Shown here: positions 16,288-25,436 of the stretch, in pieces
Layout of the letters: each line of letters starts with the position of its first letter
How positions within the stretch are numbered: position 1 is the stretch's first letter
Origin: an archaeon
GTDB lineage: Archaea; Micrarchaeota; Micrarchaeia; Norongarragalinales; UBA97
Direction: 5' to 3'
DNA length: 33,305 bases
NCBI GenBank assembly: GCA_020057405.1
Contig: JAGVFW010000001.1
Span: forward strand, 1 to 33,305
The notes under the pieces: generated by a model
Databases searched by the model: none
Seen by the model: the letters and a program-made list of their open reading frames with translations, nothing else
Told to the model about the DNA's origin: nothing
Position numbers and translations under genes: made by a program

Positions 16288-19200
16288 TTACTTGCCCCCG
16301 GTCACGCGCTTCATTTCCTCAAGCACGTCGCGCGAGTAGAACGCGAGGCCGATGCCCAAGAGAAGCAGGATTACGAGTATCGCCATGACGAGAGAATCGC
16401 CAAGCATCCCTAGAATGAAGAAGCCCGAGAGGCCGCTTGCGCGCAGCGGGGCGATGCTTATTGGAACATCCTTTCGCCTGCCGTCGCTTGCCAAAAACGC
16501 TATCGTTGCGTTGGCGTCGGCCAGTTTCGAGCGGGGCGCGGTAATCGCTACGTTGAACGCTTGGTTGTCGCCCGCTTCAAGCGTGGCAGCCGAGGGGGTA
16601 ATGGAGTAGTTCCAAGCCATGGGCAGGCCAAGAAGCACCGGCGAAAGCGTAATGGCGGCGTCTTCGCCGTTGTGCACCGTCGCGGTAAACGTGATGTCCA
16701 CTACCGCCGGCTTAAACGAGTATACGGGGTCGCTGATGCTGATGTCAATGTTGGGCACGAGCGGGATTCCGACGCGCATGATGAGCGGCGCCTGCGCGTT
16801 CTCAAACGCGTTTGATGCTTTTGCAATAGAACTAAACGAGCCGCGCGGCGCGTTTCGCGACATCGCTTCCAGGAAGACGACCTTGTCCTCAAACGGCGCG
16901 AACTGCACCTTCTGCTGTGGCGTTACGGTGACGCCGGGCGGAAGGTTGGTGGCGTATACGTCGAGCGATACGGGGTAGGCGTTGTTGTTGATGACGTGGA
17001 TGGGGATGGTGCCGCCGCCATTCTGTTCCACGCTGGCTTCCGCGGGCTCAATGGCGATTCCCTTGAGTATGGTGCGCTTCCTGTAGTCATCCGGGCTAAC
17101 GACATTGAACCGCAGGCTCTCGGCCTGCAGGTTGAGCGCGTAGTTTGCGCCAGTTGCTGTCAAGTAAAGGTGGGCCTCGTGGAGACCGGTGCGCGTGCCG
17201 CTTGCGGTGTTAATCTTGAGGCCGAGGAGACTCGAATCGCCTGGCGCCAAGTCAAGCGAGCGTCCATCGAAGCTGATTTCCTGCGGGTCGTCGGTGGTAA
17301 GCTCGTAGTGGGTAAACGCGTTGCCCGTGTTTTCAACGGTTAGCGCAGTTTGTTCGTCTGCGCCTGCGGCCAAAAGCAAGTCATTGGGTTGAACGAAAGT
17401 CCTTGCGCTGAGTATAACCGGTGCGGACAGGCAGAGTTCCTTTGAGTAGACGACCGCGCCAGTTGGGAGGTCGCGCATGTTGAGGAGCACCGAGTGGTTG
17501 CCTGCAAGGAGGTTCTGCGAAATGATTTCGATGTAAGTGGTGCGAGTGCTTCCGGGAACGAAGTTGTAGAGGAGGGGCTGCATTGCGCGTGCTTCTAGGC
17601 CGGGGCCGTTCTCGGTAGTCTCAAGCCGGTAGTTGCCGCCGATGACGCGGTTGGTGAAGTTGATTGCAACCACCTGCCTTCCGGTTGCGGGCACAGACAC
17701 GCACGACTTAAGCGAGCTTGAGAACGAAGTCTGGCCGACTGCGTCAAAGTAGGCGTAGGCGGTGAAGTTGCCTGCCGGGGCGCGTGCTATCAGCTGGTAT
17801 GATGCAAGCCCGTCTGAGCTTCCCGGGAAGTCGACGCAGAAGTCAATGCGCTTTGCCGCCATCGCGCCGATGACGAACGTGTTTTGCGAGAACGACTGGG
17901 CGTAGTAGCCGCTCGAGTCAAGGGTGACCTGCTGCTCGGCGCGCTCGAAGTTGCGCACAGTAACTTCTTGGCACGCGCGCGTGCCTGGGAATGCAGTTGT
18001 CGGGTAGCTGTTAGTCTCAAGTGATATGCCGTGCGGAACGCAGATGGGGACGGTGATGTAGGACTGGCATCCCCGCTCGTCGGTCATGATGATGTTGATG
18101 GGCGGCTTGTCGCCGATGAACGTGCCGATGTGGCTGCTCACGTTAAAGACAATCTGCGTGTCGCTCGTGTTGATGAGGTAAGTGTCAGGCAAGTCGAGGG
18201 CAAAGTCGCTAGTGTAGTTGAAGTAGATTGCGTGGTAGCCGCCGTAGCGGTTGTTGATGCGCAGCTTGAAGCTCATGAAGTCGCCGGCACACGTCGGGCT
18301 TGAAATCAGCTGCGCGCTCACGTCGCACACAGAGCTTGTAGAGCCCATGATGAACGTCTTGGTGCTAAGCTGGTCGGCGCGAACTATTGCCGAGCCGCTT
18401 GCGCCCGTGTAACCTGCAGCCGAGAGGAATATCGAGTAATTGCCGGCGTCTAGGACAAAACGTGCTTCGCCGAAGCTGTTGGTGAACGCCTCGGTCTCAA
18501 AGTCATCATGGGTCACTTTCACTAGCGCGTTTCTAACCGGCCCGCCGGTCGTCGAGTCCTGCGCGCGGATGACGAGAGTGCCAGTGAAGGGCGACGCGGT
18601 TGGCGTTGGTGAAGGAGTTGGAGTGCCACTGGGCGTTGGTGACGGAGTCGGCGTTGGTGAAGGCGTGGGGCTAGGCGTTGGAGTGGGCGTAGGTGAGGGC
18701 GTTGGCGTCGGAGTTGACGTTGCGCCGACGGTGAAGAACTGGCTTGCGGCCCGGCCGATGTTGCCTGACGCGTCTTTTGCCTGTGCAAAGAACTCGACGA
18801 GTGTCCCTTGCGCAAACGGTCCTGCCTGGATTGCGCACGATGTTGCGTAGCAAGTTGACGTGACAAGCTGGCCGTTGTTGACGCGGTAGTCTGCCTGCGT
18901 CCAAAGGATGCCGCCCTCGTCAAAAGCGCTTGCGAGAATCACGACGGTCTGGCCAGTTGAAATGTCGCCGGAAGGAATGCGAGAAACATTCACGGTCGGG
19001 GCAGTGACGTCGCCGCCGAGGCTTGTCCCGCAGATGCTTTCGGGAATCGTCTGGCCTGCAACGACTACCGTCTGCTTGCTTGAAGGATAGTAATTCATTG
19101 CGGCAAAGTTTAGCGTGCGCTCGCCGGCCCCAATGCCGGAAAGAAGTGCATTACCCTGGTAGTCTGTTGAGCTGCGGATGCCGTCGATTGAGACAATCGC

Positions 19201-20493
19201 GTTTGCAACAGGCGCGCTTGAGCCGCAGTCATAGGCGTGCACGAGAACGTTGCCAGTGCTTGAGCCCTGCGAGCCGACAGTAAAGGTGAAGACTTGAGTG
19301 CTTGCTTGGTTGCCAGCGTTGTCCTGTGTCTCTGCCCAGTAGAACACTTGCGTGCCTGCCGAAAGAATGCCGGTTGAGGTGACGCAGGCATCCGAGTAGC
19401 AGGTCGTCGGGACAAACTGTCCCGCACCGACTTTTACCCAGAGGCGGATGAATGCAATGCCGCTAGAGTCACTTGCGGTTGCCTGGAATGCGACCGTCTG
19501 GCCTGAGGTAATTGCGCCCGACGGCACGCGGTAAAGCGAGAGAAGGGGCGGGTTGTGGTCGCCACCCGGCGTCGGAGAGGGAGTCGGGCTTGAGCTGAAA
19601 GACACGGTGAAGGACTGGTGGCCGCTTGCGCCTACGTTGCCAAACGCGTCCTGTGCTTGCCCGTAGAACTCGACGAAGACGCCGTTTGCTAGCCTGCCAA
19701 TGTGTGCAGTGCAGTAGTTTGAGTTGCAGGGAACGCTTTGCCACTGCCCAGCGCCAAGCTTGTATTTCACTGCAGTCCAGGCAATCCCGCTTGCATCCGT
19801 TGCGCTTGCGCTAAGGTCAACGCTGTCGTCGGGAGTCACTTGCCCAGAAGGAGTTCGTGACGCAGTCACGACGGGGCCGGTGTTGTCCGCGTTGGTGGGC
19901 TCAAGGCAGGTGGTGTAGAAGTTGGTGCGCCCTGCGCTGATGTCAACTGAAAACGCGTGCGGGTTATAGCCGCTTGCGCTTGCGATTTCTGAAAGAGGCA
20001 TTGCATCAAGGTTTCGGATGACGGCGTGGCCATTTCCGTTAGTTCGTGCCGACTGGCCCCCAACTTGGACGAGCGCGTTGAAGATGGGCGCCGCGGTTCT
20101 GCAGTCGGCGACATACTGGTCAAGGTCGCCCTTGCCCGGTGCCGGTTGTCCGACTGTAAAGTAGTAAGTGTCACTCTCCCCTTCGTTACTGTAAGTGTCG
20201 CGGGCGCGGGCAAAATAGTGTACTTGAGTGTTCTGGGCCAGCGTGCCAAGCGAGACGACGCACTCGGTGGTGTAAGTGCATTGTTTTGAGTGGAAATTGC
20301 CGTCAATCCAGTAGTTTATTTCAATTAAGTTGATGCCGCTTGCGTCAAGGGCGTGGCTCCGAATTTCAACCGGCGTTGAGGCGGTCGGGGCTGCTGGAGA
20401 GTGCCATACGCTTACTGCGGGCGCCAGGTTGTCGCCCCCAGCGTTCACTATTGGTGATGCGAAGAACAGTACTGCAAGAAGCAAAAAGAACAC
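16288..20493 (-). CDS. Large (1401 aa) cell-surface protein with Ig-like and carboxypeptidase-regulatory/PEGA-like repeats, PT linker and C-terminal TM anchor
   Basis: Signal peptide. Four repeats D..P.V...P....A.D.(S/G)GI...C....C...A.D..(G/S)N....FTV. Three repeats G.(L/V)....D...P(I/V).NA(L/I)V. NEW3-like GLPMAWNYSITP. LSGFFILG plus TM helix. Confidence 0.9.
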   Translation of the reverse strand: MFFLLLAVLFFASPIVNAGGDNLAPAVSVWHSPAAPTASTPVEIRSHALDASGINLIEINYWIDGNFHSKQCTYTTECVVSLGTLAQNTQVHYFARARDTYSNEGESDTYYFTVGQPAPGKGDLDQYVADCRTAAPIFNALVQVGGQSARTNGNGHAVIRNLDAMPLSEIASASGYNPHAFSVDISAGRTNFYTTCLEPTNADNTGPVVTASRTPSGQVTPDDSVDLSASATDASGIAWTAVKYKLGAGQWQSVPCNSNYCTAHIGRLANGVFVEFYGQAQDAFGNVGASGHQSFTVSFSSSPTPSPTPGGDHNPPLLSLYRVPSGAITSGQTVAFQATASDSSGIAFIRLWVKVGAGQFVPTTCYSDACVTSTGILSAGTQVFYWAETQDNAGNQASTQVFTFTVGSQGSSTGNVLVHAYDCGSSAPVANAIVSIDGIRSSTDYQGNALLSGIGAGERTLNFAAMNYYPSSKQTVVVAGQTIPESICGTSLGGDVTAPTVNVSRIPSGDISTGQTVVILASAFDEGGILWTQADYRVNNGQLVTSTCYATSCAIQAGPFAQGTLVEFFAQAKDASGNIGRAASQFFTVGATSTPTPTPSPTPTPTPSPTPSPTPTPSPTPSGTPTPSPTPTASPFTGTLVIRAQDSTTGGPVRNALVKVTHDDFETEAFTNSFGEARFVLDAGNYSIFLSAAGYTGASGSAIVRADQLSTKTFIMGSTSSVCDVSAQLISSPTCAGDFMSFKLRINNRYGGYHAIYFNYTSDFALDLPDTYLINTSDTQIVFNVSSHIGTFIGDKPPINIIMTDERGCQSYITVPICVPHGISLETNSYPTTAFPGTRACQEVTVRNFERAEQQVTLDSSGYYAQSFSQNTFVIGAMAAKRIDFCVDFPGSSDGLASYQLIARAPAGNFTAYAYFDAVGQTSFSSSLKSCVSVPATGRQVVAINFTNRVIGGNYRLETTENGPGLEARAMQPLLYNFVPGSTRTTYIEIISQNLLAGNHSVLLNMRDLPTGAVVYSKELCLSAPVILSARTFVQPNDLLLAAGADEQTALTVENTGNAFTHYELTTDDPQEISFDGRSLDLAPGDSSLLGLKINTASGTRTGLHEAHLYLTATGANYALNLQAESLRFNVVSPDDYRKRTILKGIAIEPAEASVEQNGGGTIPIHVINNNAYPVSLDVYATNLPPGVTVTPQQKVQFAPFEDKVVFLEAMSRNAPRGSFSSIAKASNAFENAQAPLIMRVGIPLVPNIDISISDPVYSFKPAVVDITFTATVHNGEDAAITLSPVLLGLPMAWNYSITPSAATLEAGDNQAFNVAITAPRSKLADANATIAFLASDGRRKDVPISIAPLRASGLSGFFILGMLGDSLVMAILVILLLLGIGLAFYSRDVLEEMKRVTGGK
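18597..18720 (-). repeat. Coding low-complexity (PT/PS)n linker
   Basis: Encodes TSTPTPTPSPTPTPTPSPTPSPTPTPSPTPSGTPTPSPTPTA with degenerate codons. Confidence 0.85.
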
Positions 20494-20594
20494 ATACCCA
20501 CCTTGTTACTACTATGGGGGAGTTTCTTTATAAGTGTGTTGGTTTTCCGCTTCACAAGTGCTTTAAGCCCAGCCGTATTAGCCAGTTTACGAGG

Positions 20595-22154
20595 GTGGGG
20601 GAACTTACGTTGTTGCGCTTGGCGTTAGCCATTGGAGTGCTTGCATTGCTCCAGCCGCAAGCATTTGCCCTTGACTTAAACACCTCCGACCTTACCGTGA
20701 GCTTCTCCCAATCTTACCTCTTTTTGTCAGTTGGCCAGACTGTAAAACTTACCGAGCGGACAACCAACTTGGGAAACGAGTCCTCTCCTTCCTCAAGCAC
20801 CATAGTCGAAGCCGTACCCGATGGGGCCAGGACCTGGCTGCACAAGCCAAAAATTGCGGGGTACTCTTATCGCGAAGACACCTTCAACTACACTTGCTTT
20901 ACAAAAGGGGAATTCACCCTCATCGCCCTTGCGGACTACTATAGCGTCGTCAACGAGACCAACGAGTCGAACAACCGGGCGGTCATGGCAGTCCATTGCC
21001 TGGCGGCAAGCCTCCCTTCAAACCGGCCGGACCTGACGAGTGCCTTTAGCGTTGGCGAGCTGAGCCTTCTTGTCGGCCAGTCGTCGCGCTTCTATGAGGA
21101 AACGCGCAACAAGGGCGAAGCGAGAGTGTCAAACACGTCAACGTCAATAGTCTACGGAAACGGCACGCGCGTCTTGCTGCCCGAACCCCCGCTTGGCGTG
21201 CTCGAATCGTTCCGCACCTACTTTGACTACGCTTGCGAGAAGCCCGGCCGCTCGGTCATCGCATCAACCGCAGACGCCGACGACAGGATTGCCGAGTATG
21301 ACGAGACAAACAACAACGACCTCCTCCTCATCAACTGCGGTTCAAGCCAACCCCAAGCCAACCTCGTCTCTTCCTTTGCACCCGCCACCGTCACGGCCCT
21401 TGTGGGCGCCCGCGTGACCATCTACGAAAACACTTCAAACGCAGGCTCAACCGACGCATCCGCGTCTGTTACGTCAATCCGGCTGCCGGGCGGTTCAATT
21501 CGCCGCTTCAACAAGCCGCCACTAGCGCAAGGCGCCTTCAAGTCCGACTTCATCACAATCCAGTGCAGCAAAACCGGAACTCTTTTAGTCGAGTCTGCCG
21601 CCGACTACACTTCAGTCGTAGAGGAATCCAACGAGGAGGACAACCCCGGTAGCGCCACAATCAAGTGCGTCGACCCAGTCTATTCAGGTTATCCCGACTT
21701 GGCATCCGAATTCCTTGACGCCAACATCACCGCCTACGCGGGTGAGACAATCGCAGTTCACGAGCGCACGTTTAACACGGGCGACACTTCCCCGCCCTCA
21801 AAGACGCGCGTGTGGTGGGCGCACGGCATTGACTACTTCAACAACCTTCCCCTTGCAAAAGGCGAGTCACGGGAAAGCAACTACGCGTTCTTCTGCAAAG
21901 AACCCGGCGTCTTTACCGTAAGCTCGTTTGCCGACTCCGACCTAGCCATCCCAGAAGCCGACGAGGACAACAACCGGGCAAAAGCTACAGTCACCTGCAG
22001 GGCGGCAGACGGCAGCGTGCCAAACGAGCCGCAGCCCACCGTAGGCGCAGTCCCGTGGTTTATCCTCGAGCCCCCCAAAGAACTACCCGCCCTCGGCTTG
22101 CTTCAAAAGCTCTTTGACGCCATCGCCCGCATCCTCTCGTCCCTCGACCGCTAA
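20595..22154 (+). CDS. Secreted protein with four CARDB (Ig-like) repeats
   Basis: Signal peptide LLRLALAIGVLALLQPQAFA. Four repeats (D/N)L.....E.T.N.G...AD....(V/I).E..E.(N/D)N. Start inferred as GTG 20595 (or TTG 20610) from CTTTAAG at 20561-20567. Confidence 0.88.
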   Translation: MGELTLLRLALAIGVLALLQPQAFALDLNTSDLTVSFSQSYLFLSVGQTVKLTERTTNLGNESSPSSSTIVEAVPDGARTWLHKPKIAGYSYREDTFNYTCFTKGEFTLIALADYYSVVNETNESNNRAVMAVHCLAASLPSNRPDLTSAFSVGELSLLVGQSSRFYEETRNKGEARVSNTSTSIVYGNGTRVLLPEPPLGVLESFRTYFDYACEKPGRSVIASTADADDRIAEYDETNNNDLLLINCGSSQPQANLVSSFAPATVTALVGARVTIYENTSNAGSTDASASVTSIRLPGGSIRRFNKPPLAQGAFKSDFITIQCSKTGTLLVESAADYTSVVEESNEEDNPGSATIKCVDPVYSGYPDLASEFLDANITAYAGETIAVHERTFNTGDTSPPSKTRVWWAHGIDYFNNLPLAKGESRESNYAFFCKEPGVFTVSSFADSDLAIPEADEDNNRAKATVTCRAADGSVPNEPQPTVGAVPWFILEPPKELPALGLLQKLFDAIARILSSLDR

Positions 22155-22196
22155 GACCACCGTTTTTATTCGCTCTACCCCCCAATTACCTTTAGA

Positions 22197-22406
22197 GGGG
22201 TCATCGTACAGCCTGGCAGTACGGCGGGCTCCAGTCAGCCTCTCCCTCACAGGAAGGGGCCGAGAAAAACTGAGCGCTCAATGCGCGTTGAAGAAGAGAT
22301 TGGAGCAATGACGGCGTTAAGCCGAATGACACTGCCAAGTGCCAAAACCGCAACAAGCGGTTTTAGGGGACACTCGCAAACGGGAGTTCAAATCTCCCTG
22401 ACCCCA
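22197..22406 (+). tRNA. trnW: tRNA-Trp(CCA) with a 137-nt intron at position 37/38 (22235-22371)
   Basis: Acceptor GGGGTCA/TGACCCC-A; D stem GTAC/GTAC; anticodon stem GCGGG/CTCGC with CT-CCA-G; T arm GGGAG-TTCAAAT-CTCCC. Splice motif: CUCC (22229-32) pairs with GGGG (22366-69), with bulges AG|U and AC|A. TATA TTTTTATT at 22163-70; T-run after the gene; CCA end not encoded. Confidence 0.93.
22250..22311 (+). ncRNA. Intron-encoded box C/D guide RNA for 2'-O-methylation of tRNA-Trp C34
   Basis: D' CTGA 22270-73, GCGC/GCGC hairpin, C' TTGAAGA 22288-94, guide TTGGAGC complementary to exon GCTCCAG, D box ATGA 22308-11. The fifth nt upstream of D pairs with C34. Confidence 0.75.
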
Positions 22407-22476
22407 CTTAATTTTTTTAGCCCACTAGAGTCGTACTTTAATACTACTTTTTTAACTATTTGAGCGAGTGATTTGT

Positions 22477-23358
22477 ATGGAACGCAGAGCAAAAACAGTC
22501 CTACTGGCTTTTGATTCCCCGAACTCGCTTTTTCCAAAATTAGAGAAACACCTAAAGCGAGGTGGGTTTGATGTGGATTTGCAAGCGATAAGCAGCGCTG
22601 AGGCAGGCGAATTGGCCAAGGGTCTCAGAGCTTTGCCTCCCCACATAAAAGAGGCTGATTTGATAGTTACTGATGGCACCCTTCACGATAAGATAAGCGC
22701 CATTGCCAAGCCACACAAAAAGCCGGTCATTAACGCGTTTTCTTTCGTACCGCTTTACCGCAGCTCTCCAGAAGGGCACGTGCAATTCGTAAAGCCAATC
22801 GTGGATAAAATTAGGGCCGGCGGAAAGACTCCGGTTGTTTTACTGGCTGAGCTCACTACTCATTCCTTCGGCTTGAAGGATGATGTGAAAGAAGATTTGC
22901 AACACGAATTTCCGCACTTGGATCTTGGAAAGCCGGGCAATCCTTACTCTGAAGCGGGACAACCTTCGCAGGACGCGTTCGCCAGATTGCTTCATAAACA
23001 TCTTAACGTTCCAGCAATTTCAAGAAAATATTTTGACTTGGACTATAGGGATGCAGACGAGAATGGCCGAAACCGCATGATTAGTTCGGAAGGCAACAAT
23101 CTGCACGATGGAATCAGACAGTTAGGCTTAGATCCCAAAAAAGTCGTGCTTCTTTCAGACCATCACGTGGTAAAGTACGGCGGAAGGCACAAGCCAACAA
23201 ACACGCTATTTGAAGGGCTTACCGTGCAACTAATCTGCGCCTGCTGTGCATATAACAAATCCGAAGCAGAAGCGTACACTGACTACGGAGTTCCCATGAA
23301 ATTGCCTTCATTTGAGGAAGATCTCGTCAAAGAAATTAAGAGAAAGCTCGCTGGCTAA
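22477..23358 (+). CDS. Hypothetical alpha/beta protein with DHH and CxCC motifs; lower GC
   Basis: Long ORF containing VVLLSDHHV and LICACCAY. AT-rich promoter-like region at 22437-22460. Confidence 0.75.
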   Translation: MERRAKTVLLAFDSPNSLFPKLEKHLKRGGFDVDLQAISSAEAGELAKGLRALPPHIKEADLIVTDGTLHDKISAIAKPHKKPVINAFSFVPLYRSSPEGHVQFVKPIVDKIRAGGKTPVVLLAELTTHSFGLKDDVKEDLQHEFPHLDLGKPGNPYSEAGQPSQDAFARLLHKHLNVPAISRKYFDLDYRDADENGRNRMISSEGNNLHDGIRQLGLDPKKVVLLSDHHVVKYGGRHKPTNTLFEGLTVQLICACCAYNKSEAEAYTDYGVPMKLPSFEEDLVKEIKRKLAG

Positions 23359-23398
23359 ACCACTTCTTATAAGATTGGGGGCCTCCCAAATCACCTCC

Positions 23399-24076
23399 AT
23401 GAACATAGTCGCAGGCGTTGACGAGGCAGGCCGCGGGCCAGTGTTAGGCCCAATGGTGCTTTGCACTTTTGCAATTGAGGCCGACCGCGAGGTCGAGCTC
23501 AAGGAAATGGGCGTTCGCGACAGCAAGCTCCTCTCGCACGAAACCAGAGTCTCGCTTGCAAAGCAACTGCGAAAGATGGGCGATTTTGTCCTTACTTCGA
23601 TTTCTGCAGTTGACTTGACGATCGCCATGCGCCGGCGCATGACGCTAAACGAGCTTGAGGCGAAGGAAATCAGCGCTTCACTCGTTGAGTTGGGTGGCCG
23701 TACAGCCATCAAGAAGGTCTTTGTCGACTCTCCAGACCCGATTGCGAAAAAGTTCGAGCTGCGCATCCGAAAGTACTGCGACCACGCTTTTGAAATAGTG
23801 TGCGAGAACAAGGCGGACTTCCGCTACCCCGTTGTCGGTGCCGCAAGCATCATCGCCAAAGTCGAGCGCGACGCGGCAGTCGACAAAATAAGAAAAGTAA
23901 TGCGGGAGAACGGCGTCACTGACGAGCTTGGCAGCGGCTATTCGCATGACGCCGTGACAATCGCTTTTCTAAAGCAGCACTCGCGTTTGCCGGCGCTCCA
24001 GGAGTTCATCCGCCACGAGTGGGAGACTGCCAAGCGGCTTAAGACCGAGCAAGTTGACTTGGGCAAGTTTATTTGA
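23399..24076 (+). CDS. rnhB: Ribonuclease HII
   Basis: GVDEAGRGPVLGPMV, VRDSK, LNELE, VDS, KAD..YPVVGAASIIAKVERD, GSGY. C-terminal PIP box QVDLGKFI. Confidence 0.97.
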   Translation: MNIVAGVDEAGRGPVLGPMVLCTFAIEADREVELKEMGVRDSKLLSHETRVSLAKQLRKMGDFVLTSISAVDLTIAMRRRMTLNELEAKEISASLVELGGRTAIKKVFVDSPDPIAKKFELRIRKYCDHAFEIVCENKADFRYPVVGAASIIAKVERDAAVDKIRKVMRENGVTDELGSGYSHDAVTIAFLKQHSRLPALQEFIRHEWETAKRLKTEQVDLGKFI

Positions 24077-25307
24077 GCAGCCGCGTCGCCTGCCTTGCCT
24101 TAAGGAGCGCCTTTGCCTTGTCCCCCTCGCGCAGAAGCTTTCGCGCCTCCGCAAGAAGCTCCTCGACCTCGTCTATTTCCTTGCTTGCCGCACTTGTGCG
24201 CTTGAGGTTCGAAAGCAGCAGGTCTGCCTTCTTCATCTCTTCCCTCGCGAGTGCCTCGCGGTCGTCGGGGCCGTGGAAAATCGTTATCTCCTGCCCCTCC
24301 TCTTCTTCATCCTCGCCGGAGTCAAGCGTCTTGCCATACTTCCTAAGCACCCTTAGCGAGTCAGAGAGCTTGCCGAACGTCAGGTGTTCTTTTTCGACAG
24401 CCCGCGTTGGCTGTGGTTCTGGCTTCCGGGTGGCCGCTTCGGGCCTGCGTTCCTGTGCGGCTGGCTTCTTAGCCGGCGGCTGTGCGGGCGGCTTTGCAGG
24501 TGCGGGCTTGGGCGGCTGCACGGCCTCGACTGCCTTTCGCTGCTGCTTTCGCGCCCGTGAAATGCCATAAGCAACTGCAGCTGCAAGCACGCCGAGACCA
24601 GCAAGCGCGGCGAGTACGAGTAAGTCGAGTGCAGATGAGGCACCAGCATAAAGCACTGACAACCGCGGCTTGAATTCCGGCCGGCCAGTCCTCGAGGAGC
24701 TCAAGCGGGCCTGCGGACCAGCGCCATCCTCGATTGTAATCACGCCAAAGCCAAATGTCCCGTTGCGGGAAAGCTGCCTCTGCAGGTCGCGGGCGGCACC
24801 TCGCGATAGCGGGATGGTCCAGGTGCCTGTGCGCGTGCAAAAGTCGCTCACGCGCACGTAAGGGATGCCGTTGCCCAAGTCTTCGTAGAAGCCCCGGTTC
24901 TCGACGTTGTTATCAGCATAGTCGCTAGCCGTTCCCTCAAGGGGCGTGATGCTGCAGAACGTGTCGCCTGAAGGCGACTCGACGGTGATTGTAAAGTTGG
25001 TCGCAAGTATGGTCGAGTCCTTTGGAAGCCGCGATGCGTTAAAGACGAAGAAGCCCCGGTCTTTTTCGCCAAAGTCGGAGGCGCCCGCGGCAATGCTGTC
25101 GTTTCCAGACAAGCGCGTGAACTTGTCAACGCCGTCGTACTCGATGCTGCCTTCGGCAAGCATTGCGTCAATCACCACTGTTGAGGGCGCTTCGGGTGCG
25201 GTAAAGAAGGCGGTGTTGCGGTTTAGCAGCGTAAGCATTGCCAAAAGCAGCAGGCTGACTGCGACTACGCGCGTGTTTCGCGAGCCGGTCAGTTCCGGAA
25301 GTGCCAT
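24069..25307 (-). CDS. Two-TM protein with extracellular DNRLRE/CBM96-like domain and charged cytoplasmic tail
   Basis: N-terminal TM; RGFFVFNASRLPKDSTILATNFTI...KPRLSVLY pattern; second TM; Pro/Lys linker; helical acidic tail. Confidence 0.7.
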   Translation of the reverse strand: MALPELTGSRNTRVVAVSLLLLAMLTLLNRNTAFFTAPEAPSTVVIDAMLAEGSIEYDGVDKFTRLSGNDSIAAGASDFGEKDRGFFVFNASRLPKDSTILATNFTITVESPSGDTFCSITPLEGTASDYADNNVENRGFYEDLGNGIPYVRVSDFCTRTGTWTIPLSRGAARDLQRQLSRNGTFGFGVITIEDGAGPQARLSSSRTGRPEFKPRLSVLYAGASSALDLLVLAALAGLGVLAAAVAYGISRARKQQRKAVEAVQPPKPAPAKPPAQPPAKKPAAQERRPEAATRKPEPQPTRAVEKEHLTFGKLSDSLRVLRKYGKTLDSGEDEEEEGQEITIFHGPDDREALAREEMKKADLLLSNLKRTSAASKEIDEVEELLAEARKLLREGDKAKALLKARQATRLLK

Positions 25308-25436
25308 TGCAATCCCCCATTACTGCTTTTGCATTAATTAACTGCAACCCGATAGGGGGAGCTGAAAGATAGGGCCGGCAAGGCGCCAGCAGATTATTTT
25401 AAACAGGTGGCGCCCCAAAATCAAGTTGGTGGCATC

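Noticed and set aside
18597-18720. Tandem DNA repeat or CRISPR-like array
   Set aside because: Degenerate codons for a Pro/Thr/Ser linker inside a CDS; no constant repeat with unique spacers.
22407-23398. tRNA-integrated mobile element
   Set aside because: No integrase and no duplicated tRNA 3' end seen downstream; only one orphan gene.
23388-23398. AATCACCTCC, matching the 16S anti-SD (a perfect SD on the minus strand)
   Set aside because: No rRNA context and no credible minus-strand gene follows; pyrimidine-rich tracts before starts are common in this window.
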